From: Longimicrobiales bacterium
Lineage (GTDB): Bacteria > Gemmatimonadota > Gemmatimonadetes > Longimicrobiales > Gaopeijiaceae
Reading direction: 5' to 3'
Assembly: GCA_965204735.1 (NCBI GenBank)
Contig: OZ242008.1
Span: forward strand, 2,176,001-2,240,000
Length of the DNA stretch: 64,000 bases
In this document: piece by piece, positions 1 to 9,792 of the stretch
How the letters are laid out: the number at the start of each line of letters is the position of its first letter
Position numbering within the stretch: position 1 is the stretch's first letter
Notes under the pieces: model-generated
What the model was told of the DNA's origin: nothing
The model's database searches: none
Seen by the model: the letters and a program-made list of their open reading frames with translations, nothing else
Translations under genes and position numbers: made by a program

Positions 1-229
1 GGGCGCTCGCCCGGGCGACCTCGGCGCGAACCAAGCCGGCCAGCGCTTGATCGGCGGTCGGGGCGGGATGCTGGCCGGCGCGGAGCCGCTCCAGCACGGC
101 GCGCACCCGGGCCGCGATCCACGGACGGCCGTGCTGGGCGACCAGGGCGCGGCACCAGGGACGAGCCAGGACCCGGTCGACGCCGGGCACGGCTCGGCGG
201 GGGTCGTCGATCTCGGGAGGGACCGCCAC
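1..229 (-). CDS. selA: L-seryl-tRNA(Sec) selenium transferase, N-terminal part (runs off window)
   Basis: Not in the ORF track. Manual translation from GTG 229 gives VAVPPEIDDPRRAVPGVDRVLARPWCRALVAQHGRPWIAARVRAVLERLR...AGLVRAEVARAS, which resembles the SelA N-terminus (LPxVDRLL...GRxxVxxxxRxxLxxLR). It starts 5 nt after the upstream stop. The catalytic part is not visible. Confidence 0.6.
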   Translation of the reverse strand, partial: MAVPPEIDDPRRAVPGVDRVLARPWCRALVAQHGRPWIAARVRAVLERLRAGQHPAPTADQALAGLVRAEVARASA

Positions 230-234
230 GCGGA

Positions 235-1773
235 TCAGGAGCGGAGGTCGGCGCCGTCGCGCACGGGACGGGCGTCGAGCGCCGTGGGGCACATCTCGGA
301 CGCCGATGCCGGATGCCTGTCTGCCGACGCCGGATGCATGTCCGACGCTGATGCCCCAAGCGCGTCCGGCGCGGTGTCCGGCAGCAGCTGCACGCTGTCC
401 GACGGGGCTTCCAGGCTGTCCGCCGGCGGGGCCGCCCCTCCAGAGTCCGGGACCGGGGCGCCCTCTGCCGAGGTCGTGTCCGACGCGACGTCCGCGCTGT
501 CCGTCGCAGGTTCCCACACCACCAGCGCCGCGCTCTCACCGCTGGACGCGCCGGCCAAGTTGGCGACCGCAGCGACGCCGGCCATGTAGGGCACGCCGGG
601 GCGCAGGAACCCCTCCTCCAGCACACCGACCAGGAACTGGGAGGGAAGGAGCAGTCCCGAGAGGCCCACGGCTTCGTCGGGGTAGTGGGCGTTGGTGCAG
701 TCGCCCACGGTCATCGGCGGCGGCGGGTCGCCTTCCGTCCTGCCCTCGGCGCGAGCCGCGGAGTCGGCGCGAAGAGCCGTCCAGCGCCGGTGCTCGTGTT
801 CCTGGAAGATGCGCAGGGAGCTGGACAAGGTATCGCCCTCCGCTTCCTCCCAGCGCGCGAAGCCCGAGACGGCGATGCCAGGCGTGCACGGGTTCAGGTG
901 GTCGTCGAACTCGAACCGGATCGTGACCGAATCCTCCGCCGAGACGCTCGCCAGCCGCGCCCCGGTGGTGTCGGGCTCGATCAGGGACAGCACGACGAAG
1001 CTGGTGTCCGGGACGGCGGCCAGCCCTCCCCGCCGCCACTCCGAACGGGGCTCGCCGGCATCCAGGGAGTCGTTGCGGTTGCGGTCCTGCCACGCCCGGG
1101 CCTCGAAGGCGCCGGAGGGGACGTAGCGCAAGGAGAAGACCCCTTCGCTGCCGGTGTAGTTCCAGTGCACGGGCGCGCCCTCCTGGTCGGGGAACCGGGC
1201 CTGAACCCGGACGCCGTCCACCGCCGCTCCCGTCACTCGGTCCTCCACGAACCCGGCCAAGACGTTGGGAACGAACTCGCCGCCGGTGGAGACCACCAAG
1301 TCGAAGGGGTCGCGGAGACGATTGCCGAACATGTCGTTGATCACCGGCAGCACAGTGATCCTGTAGACCCGGCCCGGCTCGAGCGCGTGCTGGGCGCGGA
1401 CCCTGATCCCGTCGCGACCGTGGCTCACGCGCAGGTTTCCGGCGGAGGGAGACACGACGACCGCGTCGTCCATGACGCCGGAGGAAGGCCGTTCGCTGAT
1501 CCGCTCGCTGAAGCGGAACTCGAACTCGCGGAGATCGACGCCGTCCGGCACCGTGGCGAAGGTGTCGGGAACGCTCTCCACGACGTAGGGCGGCATGCGG
1601 TCCTCGGGACCTCCGCGAGGAGGCTCGGGACGGGCGCAGCCCCCGGCCAGCGTCCACGCCCAGGCGGCGATCGGGGGGACCAGAAGCCGGCGAACCACGC
1701 CGGCCCCGTCTGTCCAGCGCGAGAGAGTGGCGGAAGCCGCCGTCGAGACTTGCCGCCTGGAGCTGCGGACCAC
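235..1773 (-). CDS. Predicted lipoprotein with bacterial Ig-like (Big_5-type) and carboxypeptidase-regulatory-like domains
   Basis: Lipobox-like LAGGC followed by 'PPRGGPEDRMPPYVVESVP' and 'FRFSERI', typical of Big_5 lipoproteins. Low-complexity C-terminal tail. Start uncertain. Confidence 0.65.
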   Translation of the reverse strand: MVRSSRRQVSTAASATLSRWTDGAGVVRRLLVPPIAAWAWTLAGGCARPEPPRGGPEDRMPPYVVESVPDTFATVPDGVDLREFEFRFSERISERPSSGVMDDAVVVSPSAGNLRVSHGRDGIRVRAQHALEPGRVYRITVLPVINDMFGNRLRDPFDLVVSTGGEFVPNVLAGFVEDRVTGAAVDGVRVQARFPDQEGAPVHWNYTGSEGVFSLRYVPSGAFEARAWQDRNRNDSLDAGEPRSEWRRGGLAAVPDTSFVVLSLIEPDTTGARLASVSAEDSVTIRFEFDDHLNPCTPGIAVSGFARWEEAEGDTLSSSLRIFQEHEHRRWTALRADSAARAEGRTEGDPPPPMTVGDCTNAHYPDEAVGLSGLLLPSQFLVGVLEEGFLRPGVPYMAGVAAVANLAGASSGESAALVVWEPATDSADVASDTTSAEGAPVPDSGGAAPPADSLEAPSDSVQLLPDTAPDALGASASDMHPASADRHPASASEMCPTALDARPVRDGADLRS

Positions 1774-1786
1774 GGCAGTCCTGCCC

Positions 1787-4600
1787 CTACCGGCCGTCCG
1801 ACGACCCGCCGCCGCCCAGAGCCGCCCGCTTCTCCCGCAGCTTGGCGATCCGATCGGTCCACGACGCGGCCTTCTCCCGCTCGCGCTCCACCACGGGCGG
1901 CGGCGCCCTGGAGGTGAAGTTCCGATTGGCCAAGCGGGCCTCGGCGCCCTTGAGCCCGGCGGCCAGTCGGTCGATCTCGGCGGCCAGCCGGTCGCGCTCC
2001 TTGGCCACGTCGATCACGCCCTCCAGAGGGACGAAGACCTCGGTGCCGTCCTGCAGCACCGCGCTGGCACCTGCCGTCTCCGGCGGGGGCTTCGTCGTCT
2101 CGACCCGCCCGACCCGCGCCAAGCGCCGCAACGCGGCTCCCCTGCCCGTCAGCGCCGCCGCCCCGCCGCCGGTCGCATGGAGCACGACCTCCTTGCCTTC
2201 GCCCACGCCGTACTCCTTGCGCATCGCGCGAACCTGGACGACCAGCTCCTGAAAGCGGCCGAAGCGCTTCTCGGCGTCCGGGTCGGCCAGCTCGGGCGAG
2301 GGCGCCGGCCAGCGGGCGGCGGCCAGGGGACCGTCCTCGGCGCGACGCCCGGGCAGGCGGCCCCACAGCTCCTCGGTCACGAAGGGGACGAAGGGGTGCA
2401 GGAGCCGGCACGTCCGGTCGAGCACGTGGACGAGCACGGAGCGGACCAGCTCCCGGTCCGGTCCTTCCGCCCGCAGCCGGTCCTTCGCCGTCTCCAGGTA
2501 CCAGTCGGCGAACTCGCCCCGGAAGAACTCCCGCAGCGCCTCGGCCGCCCCGTGGATGCGGAACTCCTCCAGCTCCTCGTCGGCGCGTCCCGCCGCGAAC
2601 TGGAGCCGCGAGAGGATCCACCGGTCCTCCAGCCGCAGGGGAGCCACGGGCTCCGGCGACGACGCGGCCCCCGACCCCGCCGAGCCGTCGGCTGCGCCGC
2701 CGGACCCGCCCAGCACGTCCGCCAAGGGCGCCACCGGAGCGCTCCCCAGGCTCATGAGCGCGAAGCGGCCCGCGTTCCACAGCTTGTTGACGAAGTTGCG
2801 GCCCGGCGCGAACGCCGCCTCCAGGTCCTGGTGGTCCAGCCGGATGTCGGCGCCGACCCCCGCGCTCGCCACCAGCGTGAAGCGCAGCGCGTCGGCCCCG
2901 TAGAGCTCGACGACCTCCAGCGGATCGATCCCGTTGCCCAGGGACTTGGACATCTTGCGCCCGTGCTTGTCCCGAACGGTGCCGTGGAGGTAGACCCGAC
3001 CGAAGGGGGCGTCGCCCATGGCGTGGAAGCCCGCCATGATCATTCGGGCGACCCAGAAGAAGAGGATTTCCGGCGCCGTGGAGAGCACGTGGCCCGGGTA
3101 GAACGCCGCCAGGTCCCGGTTCTTCTCCGGCCATCCGAAGACGGAGAACGGCCACAGCCACGACGAGAACCAGGTGTCCAGGACGTCCGGGTCCTGCTCG
3201 AGGTCGCGTCCCCCGCACTTCGGGCAGGCGTCCGGGTCGTCTCGGAGGGCCGTCGCCTCGCCGCACTCGCCGCAGTACCAGACCGGAATGCGGTGGCCCC
3301 ACCACAGCTGCCGCGAAATGCACCAGTCGCGGATGTGCTCCATCCACTGCTCGTACACGGCGGTCCAGCGCCCCGGAACGAAGGAGACGGCGCCGCTCCG
3401 AGACGCCTCCAGGGCCGGCTCGGCCAGGGGCTTCATCCGCACGAACCACTGCTCGCTCAGGCGGGGCTCCACCACCGTGTCGCAGCGGTAGCAGCGGGGC
3501 ACCGCGTGGACATGGTCGTCGCGGCCCGCCAGCAGGCCGGCCTCCTCCAGGGCCGCCAGCACCGCCTTCCGGGCCTCGAATCGATCCATGCCCTGGAAGG
3601 CCGCCGGGGCGCGGTCGTTCATCACCGCCCGCTCCGTCATGACGTCCAGCACCTCCAGGCCGGCGCGCGACGCGATCTCGAAGTCGGCGGGGTCGTGGGC
3701 CGGGGTCACCTTGACCATCCCCGTGCCGAAGGCTGCGTCCACGTGGGGGTCGGCCACCACCGGGACGGCGCGGTCCGTCAGCGGCAGCTCGGCGGAGGCT
3801 CCCACCAGCGCCCGATACCGCTCGTCGTCGGGCGCGACGGCGACTCCCGTGTCGCCCAGCATCGTCTCGGGGCGGGTCGTGGAGACCGTCAGGAACCAGC
3901 GGCCGCCCTTGGTCCTCCCCACCGCCTTCGCCCCGGCGGCCAGGGCCGCGGCGGCAACCTCTTCGTTGCCCGCCGCCAAGGGGTAGCGGACGTGCCACAA
4001 GGCGCCCTGCGACTCGGACGCCTCCGCCTCTTCGTTGGAGAGGGCGGTGAGGCAGCGCGGGCACCAGTTGATGATGTACTTGCCGCGGTAGACCAGGTCG
4101 CGCTGGTGGAGACTGACGAATATCTCGCGGACGGCGCGAGAGAGCCCTTCGTCCAAGGTGAAGCGGGTACGGCGCCAGTCGCAGCTGCAGCCGATCAGCT
4201 TGAGCTGGTCGACGATCCGGCCCTCGGTCCGCTTCACGTGTTCCCACACCCGCTGCACGAACGCTTCGCGCCCCAGATCGTGGCGGGTCTTTCCGTCCGC
4301 CGCCAGCTGCCGTTCCACTACGTTCTGGGTGGCGATCCCGGCGTGGTCGGTTCCCGGAACCCATAGCGCGATCCGACCCTGCATCCGGCGCCAGCGGATC
4401 AGCACGTCCTGGACGGTGTTGTTGAGTCCGTGGCCCATGTGGAGGACGGCGGTCACGTTGGGCGGCGGGATGACGATGACGTAGGGATCGCCGGCCGCCT
4501 CCACGGCCTCGGCGTCGGCGTGGAAGCAGCCGCTCTCCTCCCACAAGCGGAGGACCCGGGGCTCCACGGCCCGGGGGTCGAACACGGTCGGGAGCGTCAA
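1787..4600 (-). CDS. valS: Valine--tRNA ligase
   Basis: PPPNVT..LHMGH (HIGH), GTDHAGIATQ, DWCISRQLWWGH, KMSKS and a C-terminal coiled coil. Start placed at TTG 4600, overlapping the upstream stop (TTGA). The ORF-track extension to 4936 is a shadow. Confidence 0.97.
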   Translation of the reverse strand: MTLPTVFDPRAVEPRVLRLWEESGCFHADAEAVEAAGDPYVIVIPPPNVTAVLHMGHGLNNTVQDVLIRWRRMQGRIALWVPGTDHAGIATQNVVERQLAADGKTRHDLGREAFVQRVWEHVKRTEGRIVDQLKLIGCSCDWRRTRFTLDEGLSRAVREIFVSLHQRDLVYRGKYIINWCPRCLTALSNEEAEASESQGALWHVRYPLAAGNEEVAAAALAAGAKAVGRTKGGRWFLTVSTTRPETMLGDTGVAVAPDDERYRALVGASAELPLTDRAVPVVADPHVDAAFGTGMVKVTPAHDPADFEIASRAGLEVLDVMTERAVMNDRAPAAFQGMDRFEARKAVLAALEEAGLLAGRDDHVHAVPRCYRCDTVVEPRLSEQWFVRMKPLAEPALEASRSGAVSFVPGRWTAVYEQWMEHIRDWCISRQLWWGHRIPVWYCGECGEATALRDDPDACPKCGGRDLEQDPDVLDTWFSSWLWPFSVFGWPEKNRDLAAFYPGHVLSTAPEILFFWVARMIMAGFHAMGDAPFGRVYLHGTVRDKHGRKMSKSLGNGIDPLEVVELYGADALRFTLVASAGVGADIRLDHQDLEAAFAPGRNFVNKLWNAGRFALMSLGSAPVAPLADVLGGSGGAADGSAGSGAASSPEPVAPLRLEDRWILSRLQFAAGRADEELEEFRIHGAAEALREFFRGEFADWYLETAKDRLRAEGPDRELVRSVLVHVLDRTCRLLHPFVPFVTEELWGRLPGRRAEDGPLAAARWPAPSPELADPDAEKRFGRFQELVVQVRAMRKEYGVGEGKEVVLHATGGGAAALTGRGAALRRLARVGRVETTKPPPETAGASAVLQDGTEVFVPLEGVIDVAKERDRLAAEIDRLAAGLKGAEARLANRNFTSRAPPPVVEREREKAASWTDRIAKLREKRAALGGGGSSDGR

Positions 4601-5619
4601 CGCGAGCGTGCGGCGCGGGTGGTGTCCGGCTTGATCACGGGGGGCGGCTTGCCCTCCTCGCCCTCGCCCTCCTCTTCCTCGGCTTCCGTCTCGGCTTCGG
4701 CCTTCGCCTTGGCCTCGATCTCCGCCTGCCGGCGAGCCTCCCGGCGCTGCCTCATGACCTCGGCCCTCTCCTTCCAGGACTGGCGGGCAGCCGTGGAGCC
4801 CGCCGCCCGATCGATGTCCGACAGGCGGAACGCCATCTCGGCGCGGTCGCCGTCGTAGTCGGGCGGGGGGCCGAAGCCGAAGGGCAGCGGGATCGTGATG
4901 TCGCCCAGGTGCAGGCGGCCGGGAGTGACGCCCCACTTGCCCCCGTCCTCGTCGGTGTGGGTCCAGTCGAGGGCAGCCCGAGCCCGGGCCGCCTCGGCCG
5001 TCGCCGAGTCGTTCATCGCCTCGATGGCCGCGAGGATGCGAAGCTCGAGGGCCTCTTCCGGCGTGGGCTCGATCGGCCCCGGATCGAGAACGTTCAGCAG
5101 GCGCGGATCGTCGATGACGGCGCGGAGGCGCTCGGCGGCGGAGCGGTAGCGTCCCGGAAAGCGTGGACCCTCGTCCTCGAAGGTCTGCAGCTCCAGGGCC
5201 ACGTCGGGGTCGTCGGGGGTCTCGATCTCGCTCGGGTCGGTCGGGTCGCCGGGCAGCCGGCCCTCGACCTCCACGAGGCGCACGACTTCGATGCCGTCGG
5301 GCGACGCGGGCGGAGGCAAGGCGGGGGGCAGCGCCGGGCGACCGGCGGGCGCGGTCGAGAAGGAGTAGACGACGACGGCGAGGACGTGGGCCAGCGCCGA
5401 GAGAGCCAAGCCCACGGCCGTCGCGCGGCGGCCCCGGCGGCGGACGGGCCGGGCCGGGGCGGAGAGGCTGCTCGGAAGCGCTGGGCCGCTTGGGCGCCGG
5501 GAGCCGCGGTCCGAAGGAGGGCGATCCGAGCCTTCGGGGTGGTCCCTCGAGCGCGTTGCCGCCGGCCCCGGCCGGGCCGGGCGATCCGAGCCCCGGGGGT
5601 GGTCCGCGTCGCTTCGCAT
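4597..5619 (-). CDS. Hypothetical single-pass membrane protein (TonB-like anchor, Pro-rich linker)
   Basis: TM segment GLALSALAHVLAVVVY, Pro-rich linker and motif DWTHTDEDGGKWGVTPGRLHLG. Coupled to valS. The true start may be downstream. Confidence 0.6.
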   Translation of the reverse strand: MRSDADHPRGSDRPARPGPAATRSRDHPEGSDRPPSDRGSRRPSGPALPSSLSAPARPVRRRGRRATAVGLALSALAHVLAVVVYSFSTAPAGRPALPPALPPPASPDGIEVVRLVEVEGRLPGDPTDPSEIETPDDPDVALELQTFEDEGPRFPGRYRSAAERLRAVIDDPRLLNVLDPGPIEPTPEEALELRILAAIEAMNDSATAEAARARAALDWTHTDEDGGKWGVTPGRLHLGDITIPLPFGFGPPPDYDGDRAEMAFRLSDIDRAAGSTAARQSWKERAEVMRQRREARRQAEIEAKAKAEAETEAEEEEGEGEEGKPPPVIKPDTTRAARSR

Positions 5620-5629
5620 GGTGAGGCTC

Positions 5630-6289
5630 CTACCCCGCCGGGGGAGTGGGCGTTCCCCCGGGCGAGATCGGATCGCCCGCTTCCACGGCGTTGGTCACCT
5701 TGGAGCCGCAGGAGAGTTCGACGGTCACCGTCTCGCCGGGAGAGAGGGGGCCGATGCCGTCGGGCGTGCCGGTCAGCACCAAGTCGCCTTCCTCCAAGGT
5801 CATCATGTGGGAGACGAAGCTGACGATGCGCCGGGGCGAGAACGCCATCTCGTCGGCGCTGGCCCGCTGGCGCTCCCGACCGTCGACCAGCGTCGCGAGC
5901 GAGAGGCTCGAGAGGTCCACCGCCGCCGCGTCGACCGGATTGCCCACGGGGCAAAAGGTGTCCATCCCCTTGGCGCGCGCCCACTGTCCGTCGATCCGCT
6001 GGAGGTCGCGGGCAGTGACGTCGTTGGCCGCCGCCACGGCGCCGACGAAGGACCACGCTTCGTCTTCGGACACGCGCCGGCAACGCCGGCCGATCACCAA
6101 GCCGATCTCGCCCTCGTAGTCCACCCGGCCGACGTCGGGGGGCACGCGGACGGCGGCTCCCGAAGGAATCAGCGCCGACGGCGGCTTGAGGAAGATCAGG
6201 GGCTCCGTGGGGACCGTGTTGCCCAGCTCCGCCGCGTGCAGGGCGTAGTTGCGCCCGACGCAGACGATCTTGCTGGGCCGGCCGGCCAC
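5630..6289 (-). CDS. Fumarylacetoacetate hydrolase family protein
   Basis: SKIVCVGRNYALHAAE, PLIFLKP, DYEGEIG, ANDVTARDLQ, AKGMDTFCP, GDLVLTGTP. Start at GTG 6289. Confidence 0.95.
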   Translation of the reverse strand: MAGRPSKIVCVGRNYALHAAELGNTVPTEPLIFLKPPSALIPSGAAVRVPPDVGRVDYEGEIGLVIGRRCRRVSEDEAWSFVGAVAAANDVTARDLQRIDGQWARAKGMDTFCPVGNPVDAAAVDLSSLSLATLVDGRERQRASADEMAFSPRRIVSFVSHMMTLEEGDLVLTGTPDGIGPLSPGETVTVELSCGSKVTNAVEAGDPISPGGTPTPPAG

Positions 6290-6290
6290 G

Positions 6291-6485
6291 TCACTCCGAC
6301 CGGGCGTGGATCGCAGTGCCGACCAGCGCGCCGACGGCCGCGATGCCCAGGAAGCCCGCGATGACCGTCCACCAGAACCCGACGTCCGAGTGGCCTCCGC
6401 CCCATCCGAGGAAGGCGGTGCGGGCCGCGGCGGCGGCGAGGGAGAGGAGACCGAGTCCAGCAAGGAAGCCGAGAGCCTTCTTCAT
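6291..6485 (-). CDS. Small membrane protein (64 aa, two hydrophobic helices)
   Basis: ATG start MKKALGFL, two hydrophobic segments, stop 1 nt before the FAH start. Confidence 0.65.
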   Translation of the reverse strand: MKKALGFLAGLGLLSLAAAAARTAFLGWGGGHSDVGFWWTVIAGFLGIAAVGALVGTAIHARSE

Positions 6486-6555
6486 CGTGGGAGCACGCTC
6501 CGAGGGATTGAAGTTTGGAGCCGGGTCGAGGAGCCAGGGTTGCCGCGCCCGTTGG

Positions 6556-6583
6556 AATCTACCGGCCCGGCACCAAGGGTCAA
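6556..6583 (-). promoter_or_regulatory. Putative sigma70 promoter for the small protein-FAH-hyp-valS-Ig-selA run
   Basis: Minus strand TTGACC-N16-TAGATT, about 70 nt upstream of ATG 6485. Confidence 0.45.
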
Positions 6584-6681
6584 CGGTGGACGGGAGTGCT
6601 GCGCCCGGGGTTCCGTCGGGTCGTAGTCGGGCGGGTCGAGCCCGCCGACCGGGGGACAGCCCGCCGAATCGGGCGGCCGAG

Positions 6682-6976
6682 AGTGCCAGGTCCGGCCGCC
6701 GACCAGGTCCGGGCCGACCGAACAGTGCCAGGTCCGGCCGAGTGACGCCCGGCGGGACGAGTCGGGTGCTGTCGCACCGGGTTTTCCCCGCCGATCAGTC
6801 CCACGGTTCGGGTGGCAGGCCCGAGTCGGCCGAGTCGAGCGCTGTCGCACCGAACGGGTGTCCTACTACGGCTATGGACCCGCCCATCACGGCGGGCCGA
6901 GTCGGCCGAGTCGGGGAGTGTCGCACCCCCTGCGTAGCTTGCCCGGTTGTTCGCGAAACCGCATCGCGAAACCGCA
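6682..6976. repeat. Intergenic cluster of degenerate direct repeats and hairpins
   Basis: AGTGCCAGGTCCGGCCG x2 (6682, 6724). GAGTCG..TGTCGCACC x3 ending at 6778, 6851 and 6927. Tandem TCGCGAAACCGCA x2 (6951-6976). Confidence 0.7.
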
Positions 6977-7034
6977 GCCGTGCCGCCTTGGTTGGTCCGG
7001 TTGCGCGCCCCTTTGCCCGAACCCCTCGCGCCCC

Positions 7035-7493
7035 ATGCAGACGCCCCAGCCCTTCCGCTCCCGTCGCTCTCCTTCCCGTCTTCCTTCCCTCGCGCTGCTG
7101 GCGGCCCTTGTCGGCGGCGGGTGCGCCGGCAAGTTCATGGAGCGCGGGCCGAACCCGGCGTTCTGCGACTCGTCGCGAGTCTTCTCGGCAGTGGACGGAG
7201 TCGTCGGCGCCGGGGCCCTCGTCTGGGGGCTTCAAGTCGACATGGACCGCATGGCGAACGACTTCACCTTCAAGCGGTTGGAGGACGGTTCGCTGGGCGG
7301 CGGCTACGACGCGCTGCAGCTGGCGGTGGGCATTGCCGTGGGGGCCTCGTTCCTCGTCGAAGCCGGCCGCAGCTACAAGGCCGCGAACCGTTGCCGGCGC
7401 GTGTTGGAGTTCCAGAACGGCGAGGGCGCGGTCGGGGCGGCGCCTGTTGCGGGCCGCGACACCGTCCGCCACGACGGCTTTCGCAGACGTTGA
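7035..7493 (+). CDS. Hypothetical lipoprotein / membrane protein
   Basis: ATG 7035, signal-like LALLAALVGGGC, further hydrophobic segments. Stop overlaps the next start (TTGA). Confidence 0.55.
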   Translation: MQTPQPFRSRRSPSRLPSLALLAALVGGGCAGKFMERGPNPAFCDSSRVFSAVDGVVGAGALVWGLQVDMDRMANDFTFKRLEDGSLGGGYDALQLAVGIAVGASFLVEAGRSYKAANRCRRVLEFQNGEGAVGAAPVAGRDTVRHDGFRRR

Positions 7494-9772
7494 CGCGACG
7501 CCGTCCCGGTCGGTCCTGGCCTTGGCGGGGCGTCCGGGCGCTCGCCGTCCTTGTCCTCGCCGCCTGCGACACGCCCGAGTTCGTCAAGCCCGACCCGACG
7601 CCCGTTTCTCCCGATCCGCCCCTCGCCGGCTCGGTTTCGGGGTTCGTGCGAGTGGACGGTCGGGCTGCTCAGGGCGTTCGCGCCACGCTGGCGCCTGGAG
7701 ACCGGAGCGAATGGACCGACGCCGGCGGCCGGTTCGCCTTCACCGAACTTGACGCGGGCCAGTACACGGCCGCGATCGCGCCGCCCCCGCTGACCCGCTT
7801 CGACAGCGTTGCCAAGGCGGCGGTCGTGACCCGGGACGCGCCCCATGCGACGCTGACCTTTGCCGGCGCATGGCTGCCCACGGCTTCGATCCGGGGCGTG
7901 GTCGTCGTCGAAGGGGAACCGGCGAACCGCACGGCGGTCCTGTCCAGCGACGCCATCGAGGCCCGTCGCGAGTCGCCTGGTCCGGAGTTCGTCTTCGACA
8001 GCCTTCCGGCGGGAAGGTACTTCCTCACGGCACGGCCCCTGACCGACGAAGCCGACCTGCGCTTCGACACGCTGGAGCTCGTGCTGGAGCGCGGCGAAGC
8101 GGTGGTGGACACGTTGAACGGCGCATGGCTCCGCACAGCTGCCATTCGAGGCTCGGTCCTCATCGACGGATTGGAAGACCGAACGCCCGGCAGGCTGGTC
8201 GTGCTCTCTTCGCAGCTCCTGCCGGGCGGACGTGCCGCGTTCAGGTTGCCGGAGGGCGGCGCAGGCTTCGCATTCGACAGCTTGCGGGCCGGGTCGTACT
8301 TCCTCGGCGCCCGGGCCGAGCCAGACGAAGAAGTGGCGTTCGACCGGAGCCTGGTCAGGGTTGCTCCCGGCGACACCCTGCTGCACAACGCCGTCGGGGA
8401 GTGGATCAGGGAGTCGGCCGTCGCAGGCTTGGTCACGATCAACGGCGCGACCGTCGATCCCACCCCTTTTCGCCTGGTGCGGCTCACGGCGACGTTCCTG
8501 CCGGTTCCCATCGAGTTCCAGTCCACTTCCGATCCTGCCACCGGACGGGCGTGGTTCGCCCGAGAGAAGCTGCGCTCCGGACGCTACGGCGTCACCGTCG
8601 TTCCCTCCGTCGGCGAATCCGGGCTGGTGTTCGATCGGGTCGAGTTCCAGGCCGCTCGACACGCCGTGGCCCGCGTCGTCGTGAACGGTCAGTGGAAGGG
8701 CGGCCTTGCGCGGGTCAACACCACGGCCTACGTGGTGCAGTCCGTCCAGCGAAGGGACGGCACCGTCGACTTGGTGCTGGGCAAGCGTTCGATGCTTCGG
8801 GCCTTCGTGACGTCCACGCTGCCCCGCCCCTGGCCCGACTCCGTGACCGCAGACGTCGTAGCCGAGGCCCCCGGCGGCGCCGTCAGGAAGCACTTTCGCC
8901 TGGAGCGAGGCCGCCCGCGCAACGACACCGGGCTGCCCGAGACCGTCCAGGAGTGGGACCTGTCTTCGTCCTACAACGTCCTCTTCCCCGACGGAGTCGT
9001 CGTGCCCGGCAACGGGCTTCACATCACGACGCAGGCGCACTTCAGCCCCGCCGCCCGCCTTTCGCTGAGTCCGGAGAGCTCCTACACCCACTTTCAGCGC
9101 TTGGCGGTCCACCACCCGGCGAAGGAGTTTCGGCTGGTCGTGATCCCGTTCCACACCGGCGACGAGGCAGCCAACGCGCGACTGGACGCCCGGGTGGGCC
9201 AGCTCGACCGGGCCGACCCCTTCTTCACGCTCGCGCTGGAGTCCCTGCCCCTGGGCCACTTCACGCTCGAGGTGCGGGAGCCCATGCGGATCGACCCCGC
9301 CGCCCACGGCTCGATCTGCACGTGGCTGGACCTGCTGGACGCCCGACGCAGCGGCGACCAGAACAGCTTCTACTACGGCGTCTTCAACTACTGGGCGTCG
9401 GACACCGGCGGCCCCTACGCCGGGTGCGCCTACCTCTCGCATCCGACCGCGGTCGGGTTCATCGGCATCGACCGGCCCGGACGGGCTGCGGGAACGTTCG
9501 CCCACGAGATCGGCCACAACTTGTCGCTCATGCACGCGCCCTGCGGCGGCCCGGCCAACGTGGACCCGCGCTTCCCCTACTCGGGCGGCACCATAGGCGT
9601 GTGGGGCTACCGGCCGAGCACGGGCGAAGTGGTCGCCAACGAGGTTCCCGACCTGATGAGCTACTGCGGCACCGGCTCGGAATGGATCAGCGACTACCAC
9701 TTCGAGAAGGCGCTGGCGTTCGTGAACTCGGGGTGGTCGCTGCGCAGGGGGCCGAAGATCGCGATTCCGTAG
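7490..9772 (+). CDS. Lipoprotein with four tandem beta-sandwich repeats and a C-terminal metzincin (peptidase M66-like) domain
   Basis: Lipobox LAAC. Repeats delimited by G-x-W...A-x-I-x-G-x-V. Zinc motif HEIGHNLSLMH, then APCGG and the Met-turn DLMSYC. Confidence 0.8.
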   Translation: MTRRRPGRSWPWRGVRALAVLVLAACDTPEFVKPDPTPVSPDPPLAGSVSGFVRVDGRAAQGVRATLAPGDRSEWTDAGGRFAFTELDAGQYTAAIAPPPLTRFDSVAKAAVVTRDAPHATLTFAGAWLPTASIRGVVVVEGEPANRTAVLSSDAIEARRESPGPEFVFDSLPAGRYFLTARPLTDEADLRFDTLELVLERGEAVVDTLNGAWLRTAAIRGSVLIDGLEDRTPGRLVVLSSQLLPGGRAAFRLPEGGAGFAFDSLRAGSYFLGARAEPDEEVAFDRSLVRVAPGDTLLHNAVGEWIRESAVAGLVTINGATVDPTPFRLVRLTATFLPVPIEFQSTSDPATGRAWFAREKLRSGRYGVTVVPSVGESGLVFDRVEFQAARHAVARVVVNGQWKGGLARVNTTAYVVQSVQRRDGTVDLVLGKRSMLRAFVTSTLPRPWPDSVTADVVAEAPGGAVRKHFRLERGRPRNDTGLPETVQEWDLSSSYNVLFPDGVVVPGNGLHITTQAHFSPAARLSLSPESSYTHFQRLAVHHPAKEFRLVVIPFHTGDEAANARLDARVGQLDRADPFFTLALESLPLGHFTLEVREPMRIDPAAHGSICTWLDLLDARRSGDQNSFYYGVFNYWASDTGGPYAGCAYLSHPTAVGFIGIDRPGRAAGTFAHEIGHNLSLMHAPCGGPANVDPRFPYSGGTIGVWGYRPSTGEVVANEVPDLMSYCGTGSEWISDYHFEKALAFVNSGWSLRRGPKIAIP

Positions 9773-9792
9773 TAGGGCTTGCTCTCTTCGGC

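Noticed and set aside
6750..6930. CRISPR array (GTCGCACC-containing repeats at ~75-nt period)
   Set aside because: Only three degenerate units, no GAAAC-type end and no cas genes in the window. Kept as a generic repeat.
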